From contig JAUCBJ010000859.1 of assembly GCA_032718475.1 (NCBI GenBank), positions 1 through 64,000 of the forward strand: 64,000 nt of DNA. Reading direction: 5' to 3'. Source of the stretch: Nemertoderma westbladi (Eukaryota > Animalia > Xenacoelomorpha). A program made the translations under genes and the position numbers. Numbering within the stretch: position 1 is the first letter of the stretch; each line of letters starts with the position of its first letter. Below are positions 39,693-51,385 of the stretch, one piece after another. Under the pieces are notes generated by a model that saw nothing but the letters and a program-made list of their open reading frames with translations, had not been told where the DNA came from and searched no databases.

Positions 39693-41124
39693 TACTACTA
39701 CTACTACTACTAGGATCGGCATGCTGCATTGCAGCTGCATTTTTAAGAATGCTGTGCCGGCTTGTCAACAAAATTGCACCGCCACAACTCCCTATCACCC
39801 ATGACATTTGCTAGATCATCCGCATCTTTAAGGCCAGTGTCCTTTAAGATGCATCTCAAGAAAGTCATGGGCTGTCCACCATGCTTATTCACTCCATGAG
39901 GCTGCCAAAGTACAAGATTATGCACTGGCTGGTCCTCACGGCGAAAGCAATGTCCTGCAAAGTGGAGGCGATTTTGTTCTAGTCTCAAGCTTGGGGGAAC
40001 CAATGAGACACCTCCAATGTTATATAGTGTCTGGTTGGAGATGTGTGCATTGTACTTGACACAATGAACCCGGCATAGCATTCTTGTGAATGTGCCATCC
40101 AGAGATTTGGTGTCCTCAGCAGTTAGAGCCCAGCATGGACTCCCGTAGAGGAGTACTGGAACTACTGCTGCTCTAAATAATCGGACCTTAAGTTTCCGAT
40201 TAATTCTCGGTGACTTCCAAATCCTGGAAAGCCTATTCAAGGCTGCCCATGCCTTTCCCTTACGTATTCGAAGGTCCTCACCTGACTTCCGGATCCATGA
40301 TCCCAGGTAACAGAAGTCGTCCACATGCTCAAGCATACCATCCTTTGAGCTTATGCTCATCTGATCAGAGACTTGCTGAGGACTTTCAAAGTTAACTGTC
40401 AGAATTTTGGTCTTTCTGGAGTTAATAAAAAGACCAACACTAGAAGCAGCATGTTCTAATAAGCTGAGGAGCCATTGGGCTCCCTCTAATGATTCTGAGA
40501 GTACTCCTAAGTCATCAGCAAAGTCTAGATCAGTTAGGTACTTGGCAGGATTTCCTCGACTTCTGGAGCCAGTAGGTGGAGTTATCATCACCCCATCATC
40601 ATTATAATGATCTAAGGACATGCGTAGAACATAGTCAACCACAATAATGAACAAGAATGGTGCAAGTGTGTCTCCTTGGAGGATGCCCCATAACACTTCA
40701 AATGGTTCTGTTTCACCGTCAACAGTAGACACAAATGTTGTCGAACCATCATATACTGATCTGATTGCTGCAATAATTTCATCAGGAATCCCATATAATG
40801 AAAGTATGCTGAACATACATGAGCGAGAGACTGAATCAAAGGCCTTGAAGAAGTCAACAAAGATAACAGTCAGATGCCTGTCTTTCTTTTTTGATAACTC
40901 TTCAATTATCCTTCTAAGTGCCAAAATGGGCTCCATAGTCCCACGACCTTTACGGAACCCATTCTGATTTCCACGGAGCAGTCTCTCAATGGGATCCCTG
41001 ATGCGATTTAATAGAATCCTATTGTATAGCTTTGCAGCAATCGAGATCAATGAGATTCCCCGAAAAGAACCATAGAGTGTTAGGTTGCCCTTCTTGGGAA
41101 CTGGCACCAATTTATTTGTTTTGG
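39693..41124 (-). mobile_element. 5'-truncated RTE-clade non-LTR retrotransposon inserted in the BEL 5' leader
   Basis: (TAG)n 3' tail at 39693-39711. TSD TAACAAC at 39686-92 and 41125-31. Confidence 0.9.
39743..41124 (-). pseudogene. RTE reverse transcriptase, open but lacking its N-terminus and endonuclease
   Basis: PVPKKG, RGISL, QNGFRKGR, FVDFFKAFDSV, GILQGDTLAPFLF, LDFADDL, YLGS. Confidence 0.92.
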
Positions 41125-41438
41125 TAACAACAGTCCGACAACAATCCAACCTACAAATTATTTATACAATCTGAGCAGGCTTACACGCCTTCTGCTCAAT
41201 ATTACACTTACAGATAAATAAAACTGACAGAAATAAGTAAAATCCCAATAAAAAACCAGGGCGGCCATCCCTGATTAAATATCAAGACCTACTGGTATAT
41301 AATTATCAAAATCGAATAATACTGTTATACCTGTAAGTACCGGTTCGGGTAGTTGGGCAGTTAGGCCTACAGCTTACCGTTCGGCCGGTACCTTCGACTT
41401 TATTGCCTACGGTGCAATAAAGAAACTAAATCTATTAT

Positions 41439-42546
41439 TGTTCGCGCTTTTAGACCTTTAGCAGTTTAACCTGCCAATTTTAGTTGTCTTCTTGTTTATA
41501 AATCGACTTTAGCCTAGACCAATTATTTAATGTACTGAAGTTACATCCGCCGAAGCCAGTCTGTGCGCAATCATTCACCCACAGTTAAGGGAGACTGGAT
41601 TCGGGTGCTTTGAAGTTATTGCGGTGCAGACCTACTGTATTATTCGATTGATCGTTACTATATAATCTCTGACAAATATATTTACTTTCGGGGAAATATT
41701 AACAGTTCCTTTAGGACGTGGCGCTTTAAGTATAAAAACAGAGTTATGACTTATACTAATCACAACTAGATGGCTACTGAGTTTCGTAAATAGCGCATTC
41801 TTTAGGAGATGCTTTATTATCAAACACACTACTTCACACGACTTCACATTACTTCACACTGATCTGCCGACCGTCACTGAATTTAATCATATATAAGGAA
41901 GATCGCAACTGACACTTGTAGGGATTATGAAATAGCATTTAATTCACACAAAAACCACTATAATGTAAGTCGCAGTTGCTACCGGTAACCTGTTCCTCTC
42001 ACCTTCAGTAATCAAGAAGATTGGGGGTTTTATGATTATTCATCGGTATTCTCCAAATATATCAGCAATATACATCAACAAATAACAACAATTAATAACA
42101 GAAGTAAATTAATGCGGTGAACAATCAGCATGTGTTACGTAAGTCAGTCGTGCACAGTACTTATGTGTTATGAGCAGATAATAGATTTACGTTCTTGTAA
42201 TCAAAGCCATCAGATGTTTAGGCCAAAGTCTGAAACTTCCAAAATCAGAAGTACAGAAGATTTCCAAGCAGTTCTCTCGCTCAGAAAGGTAAACAAAGAC
42301 CGTAATGCATTGCGCGGTTTTCCATAGGCCCCTGTTCAACATAAAATGAAAATCGCTCTGATTGGCTGACTAGGACAAAGAGGTTCCACGTTTACAGGAA
42401 ACCAGCTGACAGATTTCGTCATCTGAGCTCCAATCTTTTAGAGTATTATGCGCATTGCGGCAAAAATGACTTGTTATGTCCGCTAAAGCACCTACACTGT
42501 GCATTGCGGGGAAAAATGACTTGTTATGTCCGCAATAGCTTTTACA
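41439..42546 (-). repeat. BEL/Pao 5' LTR
   Basis: Direct repeat of 28695-29802. Confidence 0.97.
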
Positions 42547-43504
42547 CCCCCCCCCCCCCTTAAGTTATGTAGTGACCACACTTAGGAGTTAGTCTGGCTC
42601 CAACATCAGCCATCACCTTGAAGTTAAACCGCAAGAGAAAGGAGCATATTGGTTGTTTGCAGTGTTTATTGTTCACTATGACATAAGTCATAGTAATCAT
42701 AGTCACATACTTGCTCTATGCACTAAAATTGGGATGCTGAATTCAAATATAACCTCTAAAATATCTTAAAGTTGACACAAATATGATTTTCTTGGCAAAT
42801 TTTTACTTCGTAATTTTTTTTCATTGAACATTGAATCTTTCGATTTAGAATACTCGCAGTATATTCTATATAAGAGCATATAATGTTAAATCATCTTAAC
42901 CTGCCGAGGACCATTTTGGTCAAATTTACCCAAAATGAAGTTGACATGTACTGTACAAATTCAATATAATGATTGGGTTTACAATATTTCATGAATTCTC
43001 CTACTTTTTTATACTCTATCCAAATGTAACCGGGTAACAACTTTTACTTTAACACTTTTTTTAAATTTGACTTTTATTATTTAGGCAACACCAAGGGCCG
43101 TTTGGGTCAAAATGACCCATTGTAGTTTTACTCATAAATAACAGTTTTGCAAAGTCGAATTCTGTAAACACATCAATTTTCCAAGTCAGGGCGATGTTAA
43201 ACAACATTGAAAAGTCAATTCGTCTGTTTGTACAGTATGTCTGTTTGTATGTCGGTGCGTGTGTGTGTGTGTAATATGGAAACCTAGTATCATCCATGAA
43301 CCATATTTCCTGTATGGAACGTCTTCTAATTAGGCCTAGTCAGTGGTAATGTACAGTTAGGTTCAAACTGGTATACTTTAGTTCCTGTAACACATTATAT
43401 TAAATTATTCATAACTCTCGTTTATTGTTTTGGTTACTTTCAACTCTCCTCTATAACCTTCTCCTTTACTAACCTGCCTGGTTATTGAGGCAGACTGACC
43501 AAAT

Positions 43505-43895
43505 GGCTCGGTCCTAACGCTAACAGGCTGCCAGGACCTAATGCCACGGACCTAATGCTCCGGACCTAATGCTACCAGGTTGCCAGGACCTAAAGCTACC
43601 AGAACTGGTGTCTGGCTATATTGCCGTAAATATACTGTATAATCAAGCTGTCTAGGCATACACCTACCGGCAACCTGTAGTCATTCTGTCATTAGCCTAT
43701 AGGCCTATAAATTAATAAATTGGGCTAATATATAACAGTTGTGTGCAAAATGGAAACATTTTTGAGAATCTCTTTTGTGGGTAATATGTACAAAACGGCC
43801 TGGTTGCAATAGGTCCAAATCGGTATACTTTAGGCAGTTACTGAGTTAGGTCAGTAGCAGTAGATCCTGTAGTGTTTAGGTCCCGTAGCTTTAGT
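43505..43895. repeat. Small element with inverted arrays of GGACCTAATGC-like motifs
   Basis: GGACCTAA[T/A]GC repeated at 43510-43600, with reverse-complement-like TTAGGTC motifs at 43845-43890. Confidence 0.45.
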
Positions 43896-44301
43896 AGTAA
43901 CATATTTATGATATATTTACTTCACTATTTATTTGGGAAACAAATAATATTATCTCTAGAATTCTTCTATACAAGTATATGTAAATGTATATCAGATGGG
44001 AGTAAGGTGCTATCAGAGATTATCATTTGTCGCAGTTGTTTAGCCTTTTCAGCGCCACTCAAATGTTTTCTCATTGTTTAGGAATAAATATTCAATTAAA
44101 GTGGACTCGGTTTTTGTGTCACTCGCTTCGCTCGTTAATTTAATTTAATTTAATTGATATTCGTACGTATCAATAAACAATAAACATAGTACACGGTACG
44201 TAGACATATTATTAGTAAAGTAGCACAATATTAATGACGCAGGCCTATGTAATGAATAACTGACAGAACACGCAGTAAATGACACGGCATCGAACAAATA
44301 A

Positions 44302-46855
44302 TTATAGGCAATAATATAAAGAATATTTAACTAACATAGTAATATAATTAAGGATATCAGTAATCTCATCAACATTAAAACCAGGTATATCAATATTGCT
44401 ACAACGACAATTAATTAATTCCCTACACAATTCTAATTTCCATCTATCAGCTACATCAAAAGGAACGTAGTTCAACTTATTAACGTGCGTAACATTGATC
44501 GAGGTAATGAGAGGTATTTTACACAGATTTGCGATAGAACGTAAATTGCACCCACTTCGCGAACGACAATCATATAAAAATAATTTTGCTAAATAACGAA
44601 TGCTTGATTTTTCAGACTGCACTAAACTGGTACAAAATCTTATAAAACGTGAATATAACATAATACTGGGGTGTTTAAACTGCATTAAATTTTCTACAAT
44701 ATATCTATGTGATGTAAAAGGCAATCTGAAAATAATCCTAATATTAATATTCCATGAACTGTATATACGAGTACACGATGCAGAAAAAAGATCCCATAAA
44801 TTACTACCGTAGAAGGATGTGCAATAAATACGCTGAATTTTACTCAAAACATACGGATCAGAAAAATAGAATTCTTGTCTAAGTGCATTGAGCTTTCCTA
44901 TAAATTTTCCCCGTTTTCGTATAATATCAGACTCCATTGTGTTCTGGAAATCTAACATGTTTCCTAGATGCAACGCCTCCCTGACCCAAGGAAGTGGTCT
45001 CCCGTTCAGCACTACTGACGCTGTGGGTTTAAACCACACTCTCCCAAAAGGAATGCATTTGGATTTGGATTTATCCGGATTCGGGTTTGTACTAAACACG
45101 AGATGGTTTTCGGTTGCGAACTCCTCGCATAACTTGACCATAAACCGTAGTCCCAATATGGAAGAGCATAAAAGCAACATGTTTGATTACTATAGATCCA
45201 TAGCAGGGTTCGTAAGAAAAAAGGAGAAAACCCCTTCTTAATAAGTTCTAGAAATAGCTTGCACCATTCAACCATATCGAAGGCTTTCGATAGATCGAGA
45301 AGACATCCAAATACAGGAGTTACGTCTGTTTTAGAGTTTTTTAGCCTATGTAGACCTTCACTGACCAAATCCGGAGTGATATGCGGGAAATCAGCTGAAT
45401 CACATCCTTCGAGTTTATCGGTAATCTGCGATCTAACGAACTCTAAATCGGAATCACACGGTTGATTATATAGATCCGAATATATACTGGCGAATCGGTC
45501 GGCTATCGATTGTGGGTCTGTACAACCATCAATGGTCGAAGTCACAGTGTTCGTTAAGTTTCTTTATTTCTTTAAATATATCACTAGTATTCCTTAAACA
45601 CGCCTGTAGGAGTTTATCTCGACGCACATTATCTACTGAACGTTTGAGCAATCGGACGGCATAGTTATACTGCGCGCGAGACACCGGTCGCATGTGAAAA
45701 AGCTGACTATTTTGTGAAGCATTTGAACACCCCGCTGAGACCCACAAGGAATGCCATAGGATAGCTTCATCTCTAAATGGTTTAACTCGCTCCGACCAAC
45801 CGGAAAGTTTAGGGCCATTATTAGTAGCACGGGGCTCACCATTATAATTATTATTTAAACTACTACAGCTGATATCAATGCATTCAAGAATATCTAAAAC
45901 ATATTTTTCAATAAACAGTCTATGAGTAAGGTCCGCACAAAAAATATTATCACATGTTATACAACCTGACTCAACCTCAATGTCATCCAATTTATTATGT
46001 AGATTGTTTACAAAGTCATGTTCCTGTTCAATAGTAGCTAGCTTAAATTTAATTTTACCCTGAGCTATAATTAACACGTGGTAAATCTACACCACTATCT
46101 TTCAACTTCAAAAATATTGGGTCATGAAAAGATAAATTAGCACCAGAATGTACTACACCAGAATCAGTAACATTTTCTACCAATTTACTCGAACTGAAAA
46201 AGTGATCTAAAATTGAATGAAAAGATGCCTGTTCTCTGTAGCACGTGTAAGTATAATCAATAGGATTAAAATCCCATAGACGTTCTAATTTAAATTCCTG
46301 TAAAAATTGACTAATTACACGAACATGCATAGATACACGCGAAAAATCAGCATTGAAATCCCCTGCAAGTATAACATTACAAAGCTGCTCCGATAAAATA
46401 GTATGTTTGATATCATTGGTAAGAGTAAGCAAATCGTCTGATACATTAATGTTGTCCCGCGTATCTACTGGAAAATAACAATTAATTATCACAAAAGGGT
46501 TAACATTGGGCAATTCAACTCGTACAGCTTGCAATCGGGGATTCGTAACGTTAATTCTAGATATATATTTAGACAAAGATGGCCTATAAATAAAGCAGAG
46601 TCCGCCGCTAGGCCTACCTGCAGATACTTCATTTACTGTGCTAGACTGCGCAGGTTGTATTAAACATTTAAATGCAGGGAAAGCTGCTGTAAACTTATAA
46701 GAATTATCAAGCAATAAGAAGTGCTCTTGAATACAGACAATATCGCTTCCAGCTAATAATACATTGATAAAGTCAAGTTTATCAGGTGACAAACCAGTAC
46801 TGTTATATGACGTCATACAAAATGCACCATTGTGTAGTGATTGTGAAGTATCCAT
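44302..46855 (-). pseudogene. ORF2: APE endonuclease and a partly deleted RT
   Basis: SYNSTGL, CIQEH, GRPSGG, AGDFNAD, LDHF, SFHDPI and LLDLSKAFD are present. The QGG and YADD motifs are absent. Frameshifted. Confidence 0.9.
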
Positions 46856-46895
46856 TGTATAAAATATTTAAAAGAAAAATATATACCAAACTTTA

Positions 46896-48740
46896 CTAGT
46901 TACTGGAATTCGCGCTAGGAACCTGTGTATTATCTCGACCCCTGGGACCAACAATAGGAACCCGAGTATTATCTGAACCTCCAGAACCTGCATTCTCTGC
47001 ATATGGAACCTGAGTATTATCTGGCCCACCGGAACCTGCATTAGGAACCCGAGTATTATGTGGCCCACCGGAACCTGCGTATGGAACCCTAGTATTATCT
47101 GGACCACCGTATCCTGCATATTTATTATCTGGACCACCGTATCCTGCATATCTATTATCTGGACCGCCGTATCCCGCATATCTAGCTGTATTATCTGGAC
47201 TGCCGTATCCCGCATATCTAGCTGTATTATCTGGACCGCCGTATCCCGCATATCTAGCTCTATTATCTGGACCGCCGTATCCTGCATTAGGAACCCGATT
47301 ATTATCTGGACCGCCGTATCCTGCATTAGGAACCCGATTATTATCTCGACCGCCGTATCCTGCTTTAGGAACCCGATTCTTATCTTGACCGCCGTAACCT
47401 GGTGTAAAGCGGCTGTAATGCCACTCGCGAACACAAACCCCGGATGGCCACGTCTCTGGATCGAGCGCTTTCTTTAAATCAACCCGTTGAACAGCAATCT
47501 GAAAACCATTCGACGTCGACCACGATTCGTCGTGAGATTTCTTTTCTATATCTGCTTCTTTGATAGTAATCCCCATCTCAGCCAGATCCGCCACCATATC
47601 CGCCAGAGTTACCGAGATGTGAACGCGAAACACATATATATGTGCTGGGGCCGCACGAGTGTTTCGAGCGGTTCCCCCAGATGAACTAGCGGATCCTCCG
47701 CCCGTACCAATTACATGCTGCCGCTGCAGCCTCGGCTTCCGTTCGACGAGATTATAACCCTCATCATCTATTCGACGCCTCGGAGTTGGTATCTCTTTGA
47801 CATCCTGTTGGTAATCGACTTGTCCACCACCATCCCCAGTAGACGCCTGCCGGGGGTGCTTAGTGCTTCCTTGACCTTGGCCACTGTAGCGCCCATCCAA
47901 TACTGTGTACATATTTCTGGTCTTTACATCCGGGGATGGAGGATGACGCAATGGATAACGCCCTGGTGGGGCTGGAGAATATAACCTCTGCGCGAGCACT
48001 TTCGGACGAGTATCTTGTGACTCCCGTCCACGGATAACTGGACTACCCACTTGGTTAGGGGCTGACGCTTTGCTTATAGCCTCCCGATACGGGAAATAAA
48101 TTGCTGGTCTGTTGTTTTGATCAATGCTACTTACCGGTAACGGTGGGAATTCCCGCCCTACCGATGGCGGATCTCTGAACCGAACCGGTATTTGTGACTC
48201 TGTCGATTTAGTCGACATCACAAGTTTCTCCAATGATTGCATTCTCTCGACTAAATCTTTCTGCAATGACCGTAAACCCTGGTCAAATTTCTCCTCAAGA
48301 CGTGACTGCTTAACTTGTAACCCCGTTTCTGACTGGATAATCAAGTTCGGTAGAGACAAGGCTTCCAATGCCTCAACTGCTATTACAGGCATGCTTCCAT
48401 TCATATCCATTGCTCTTACTTTATCAAACATATCACTTACATTCGCCTTTGCCGCAGTGCGTCCCGCGGAATCCTGCCTCTCGATTGGATCAAATCCACA
48501 ATAATTAAACAGTTTGTCTTTCGCAAAAAGAATATCCGAGGGAGTGTACCGAGTTAAACACGATTCCTGTACCATTGCAGAACAGCTAGAGTATAAACCT
48601 TGGACTAGCAAAGCTAAACACCCATTCACGATGGTGATACCCGATCTGTCCTCTGGAGCAACATCCATGGCCCCCGACTGCGGCTGAGAGGCCAACGGGG
48701 AGCGCCTCCCTGCCGAATCAGGACCACTCATCCCTTGCAC
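46896..48740 (-). CDS. LINE ORF1 protein with coiled coil, RRM-like region and C-terminal GYGGPDN repeats
   Basis: Open 614 codons upstream of ORF2. AHIYVFRV...FQIAV...LDPETWPSGVCVREW resembles CR1/L2-group ORF1 C-termini. Confidence 0.8.
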   Translation of the reverse strand: MQGMSGPDSAGRRSPLASQPQSGAMDVAPEDRSGITIVNGCLALLVQGLYSSCSAMVQESCLTRYTPSDILFAKDKLFNYCGFDPIERQDSAGRTAAKANVSDMFDKVRAMDMNGSMPVIAVEALEALSLPNLIIQSETGLQVKQSRLEEKFDQGLRSLQKDLVERMQSLEKLVMSTKSTESQIPVRFRDPPSVGREFPPLPVSSIDQNNRPAIYFPYREAISKASAPNQVGSPVIRGRESQDTRPKVLAQRLYSPAPPGRYPLRHPPSPDVKTRNMYTVLDGRYSGQGQGSTKHPRQASTGDGGGQVDYQQDVKEIPTPRRRIDDEGYNLVERKPRLQRQHVIGTGGGSASSSGGTARNTRAAPAHIYVFRVHISVTLADMVADLAEMGITIKEADIEKKSHDESWSTSNGFQIAVQRVDLKKALDPETWPSGVCVREWHYSRFTPGYGGQDKNRVPKAGYGGRDNNRVPNAGYGGPDNNRVPNAGYGGPDNRARYAGYGGPDNTARYAGYGSPDNTARYAGYGGPDNRYAGYGGPDNKYAGYGGPDNTRVPYAGSGGPHNTRVPNAGSGGPDNTQVPYAENAGSGGSDNTRVPIVGPRGRDNTQVPSANSSN

Positions 48741-49461
48741 AGTAGGCTAACACTTTCCTACCGGTATGCAGTTCAGCACTTTAAGCAGATAAATTCAGTA
48801 ATTGGCAATTGTATATTGGCAGTACGTCAGTACTGCACGTATATCAGTATACTCAATCCCAGTTTGATGTAAATAGTCTGAGTACTTAAGTAAATGATAT
48901 TATGAAACTCATATTGATACGCACGCTTATTGTTCAGGTAGAGTTGTCAACATTTCTATGTACAGTTCATATCTGAACAAAATGAGAAACCCTCGTTTCG
49001 TTGTGTCACTCGCTACGCTCGTTATTGAAACCAAATCGGATGTAAATAGCCTAAGTAACTTGCCCGTAAGTCGCAAATGAGTTTCCACACTGATAAAACC
49101 TCACTGTTTTTCATTTTGATTGATAATATTATCAATAATATACCGTGGGTCAATTTGACCCAAACGCTCCTGGATGTAACCTGAGGCAAACGGTCTTCAG
49201 CGGGTTAATGAGATTTGCTCTAACACCGCTCCCCCGCCCCCCCACCCCCCCCCCCCCCATTTCCGGGTTTAATAGCTTTAATTTATGGAGTGACCACACT
49301 TAGGAGTTACTCTGGCTCCACCATTGCCTTACATTTTAACCGCCGCGCAAGGGAAAGGAGCATTTTAGTTGTTTGCAGTGTTCCATATACACTGATATCG
49401 TTACTTATTTAACATTGTCAAAAATTATCAACATACCAATTTATATTTTTATATTTTCTAG

Positions 49462-49609
49462 TATTAATTACGCAGCACTATTGTACGAATTTGACTGCGA
49501 CACTATGAATGCTGACAATGAGTACGTATGCCTTTACGAAAATTTACATGACGCACAATTCGGCGCTGGAGATAAAATACAGTCAGTGGAGAGAGTCGAC
49601 CAACCATAG
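49462..49609 (+). CDS. Beta/gamma-crystallin-like gene, terminal exon E
   Basis: TTTTCTAG acceptor; phase 2 joins exon D to give WKAYDNINYAA...YENLHDAQFGAGDKIQSVERVDQP*. AATAAA at ~49724. Confidence 0.75.
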
Positions 49610-50201
49610 TGATTAACAGATCACATCATGTACTACAACTATGAGAAATATACAATAATTATTTTGATGGAGTGGTGACATATTATTATATTGTATTGTT
49701 TATTTTGGTTTGGACACATCGTCAATAAATTATATCAGATATATAATATGATATAATATTTAATGTGGAAAAAATTATATCGTACTTAAGTTTCTTATAT
49801 ATAAAATATGATGTTATCATATTAAATAATGTGGCATTTCATAGTGATCAATTCTTGTTTGTGATACGAGTTCACATAAATTTTGAAAGTACTTCCTTAC
49901 TCAACGCTCCACAGAGCTGTTCTCGCCTGGATTAAAACATGAAACGCAAAACTGAAATTCAACAATCCTTGCAATTAGTCATACATGAAAAAATTTATTT
50001 GCAAACCTTAGACCATTATATTTAGACTTACTATACTGTATTATTTTTGTTTTAAATAATTTATTGTCAAGAAGGTACTTTAAGTAACGTGTGAACCACT
50101 AGTGTAGGTTGTTGATTATATTTTTTCCATGTCACGCTATTTATTTTATTGGTATTTAGGTAGTAATTACCATTGTTAATTAATTTAATTATATATATTA
50201 T

Positions 50202-51385
50202 TTAAACCTATTTGGCCCGGGGGGTCATTTTAGAAATTGTTTTGTAATTTATCTGTATCTTTGAGTCAGGTTTGTGGGAAAACCAAGATTTTGTGAATTT
50301 TCTAACATTTAATGGGCTATCCAACAGAGCAAACGCCATTTACATGGCGATGTTACTTTTCGTGCTGTGGACCGTTTGTTTCTGGCACCCATCTCCAGTA
50401 TTTTTCGTGTTGAAATTTTCAAAAAAAATTATCGTTCACTAAAATTAATTTTTTTTGCGGTATTTAAAGGTTTTTTAGGATTCTGATCACGATTGTAGAA
50501 CTCAAATATAACATTCGAAAATTTGGTAATTTTGAATGTGCCCTATGGGACGAAAAATACAAGTAGTGTGCAAATATGATGATGAAAAATGATGAAAAAT
50601 AACCACAAATCAAATTGATTTTATGACCATATAGTTTTTTTGGGATGTGGATCACGAATATGACACTGAAATATATCTTACATTGTTGATGAGGGAATTT
50701 TTGGATATGTGACAAGGTGCGGCACGAAAAATACAAGTAGCACAAATTTGATGATCAAATATCATTACCAAATTACCCTGATTATTTAGACATTTTGGGT
50801 GTTCTGGGACGCTGATCACGAATATGACACTAAAAAATATCGTATTATCCAACCAAATTCGATATTTGCCGGATGAAATTTTGTGCTTCTTGTATTTTTC
50901 GTCCCCCAGACAAGCACCAAAACAGATAGTTGCGTTACTGTACCACGACTATTTAATCGTACATTGACCAGTACAGCTTCAGAATTACCAAAACAAAGGC
51001 AACATTTTACAATTTATAATTTTGTGTTACTTGTGGCACCAAAATTGGGTCTGCATTACCAAAAATATTTATAGCTAGTTTCATCGTGATCAGGGACCTC
51101 TAGAACATTTTTTTTATTTTGACATTTTTTTACTTGTACTTATATTTGTTCTGGGGGACCAAAATTGCACCAAAAATTATTGTTGCATTGCCAGAAAATA
51201 TTTTTAACAAGTTTTAGAGTGTTCAGCGACCTCGAAAACCCTTATACCATCAAAATTGTAATTTTAAACGAAACGAAACTAAAAATAATTTTTGATCTAA
51301 AAAATTTCTAAAATGACCCCCCCCCCCCCCCCCCCCCCTCCCCCCCGGGGGTGGGGGGGCAATTACGTTGAAAAATACGGGCCAG
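50202..51385. mobile_element. piggyBac-like MITE with TTAA ends
   Basis: TTAA(A)CCTATTTGGCCC ... GGGCCAGATAGGGTTAA, internal modular repeats, and a second copy at 18890-22730. Confidence 0.8.

Larger units (their letters stand above)
28695..42546 (-). mobile_element. BEL/Pao LTR retrotransposon, 13.85 kb including the RTE insertion
   Basis: 1108-bp LTRs TG...CA at 28695-29802 and 41439-42546 (about a dozen mismatches by eye), poly-C target, PPT next to 29802. Gag-PR-RT-RH-IN order with Pao-type motifs. Confidence 0.95.
27967..42559. mobile_element. Kolobok-like MITE copy 2 (body 27967-28694), with its right terminal C-tract split by the BEL/Pao insertion
   Basis: Highly similar to 13516-14211. 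TTAA at 27963-66 and at 42560-63 after the residual C-tract. Flanks match the uninterrupted repeat at ~49260-49320. Confidence 0.85.
44138..49000 (-). mobile_element. L2/CR1-group LINE, near full-length, with internal RT deletions
   Basis: ORF1 plus APE-RT ORF2. (TAAAT)n-type 3' tail at ~44138-44155. Flanked by a 24-bp direct repeat (44114-44137, 49001-49024; 1 mismatch). Confidence 0.85.
42900..49204. mobile_element. piggyBac-like non-autonomous TIR element hosting the L2/CR1 LINE
   Basis: TTAA at 42896-99 and 49205-08. Imperfect TIR CCTGCCGAGGACCATTT / AAACGGTCTTCAGCGGG. GGGTCAA..TGACCC palindromes at ~42918, 43104 and 49148. Confidence 0.6.

Noticed and set aside
46868-47477. 188-aa and 139-aa repeat ORFs
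   Set aside because: Alternative-frame and antisense shadows of the ORF1 tandem repeat.
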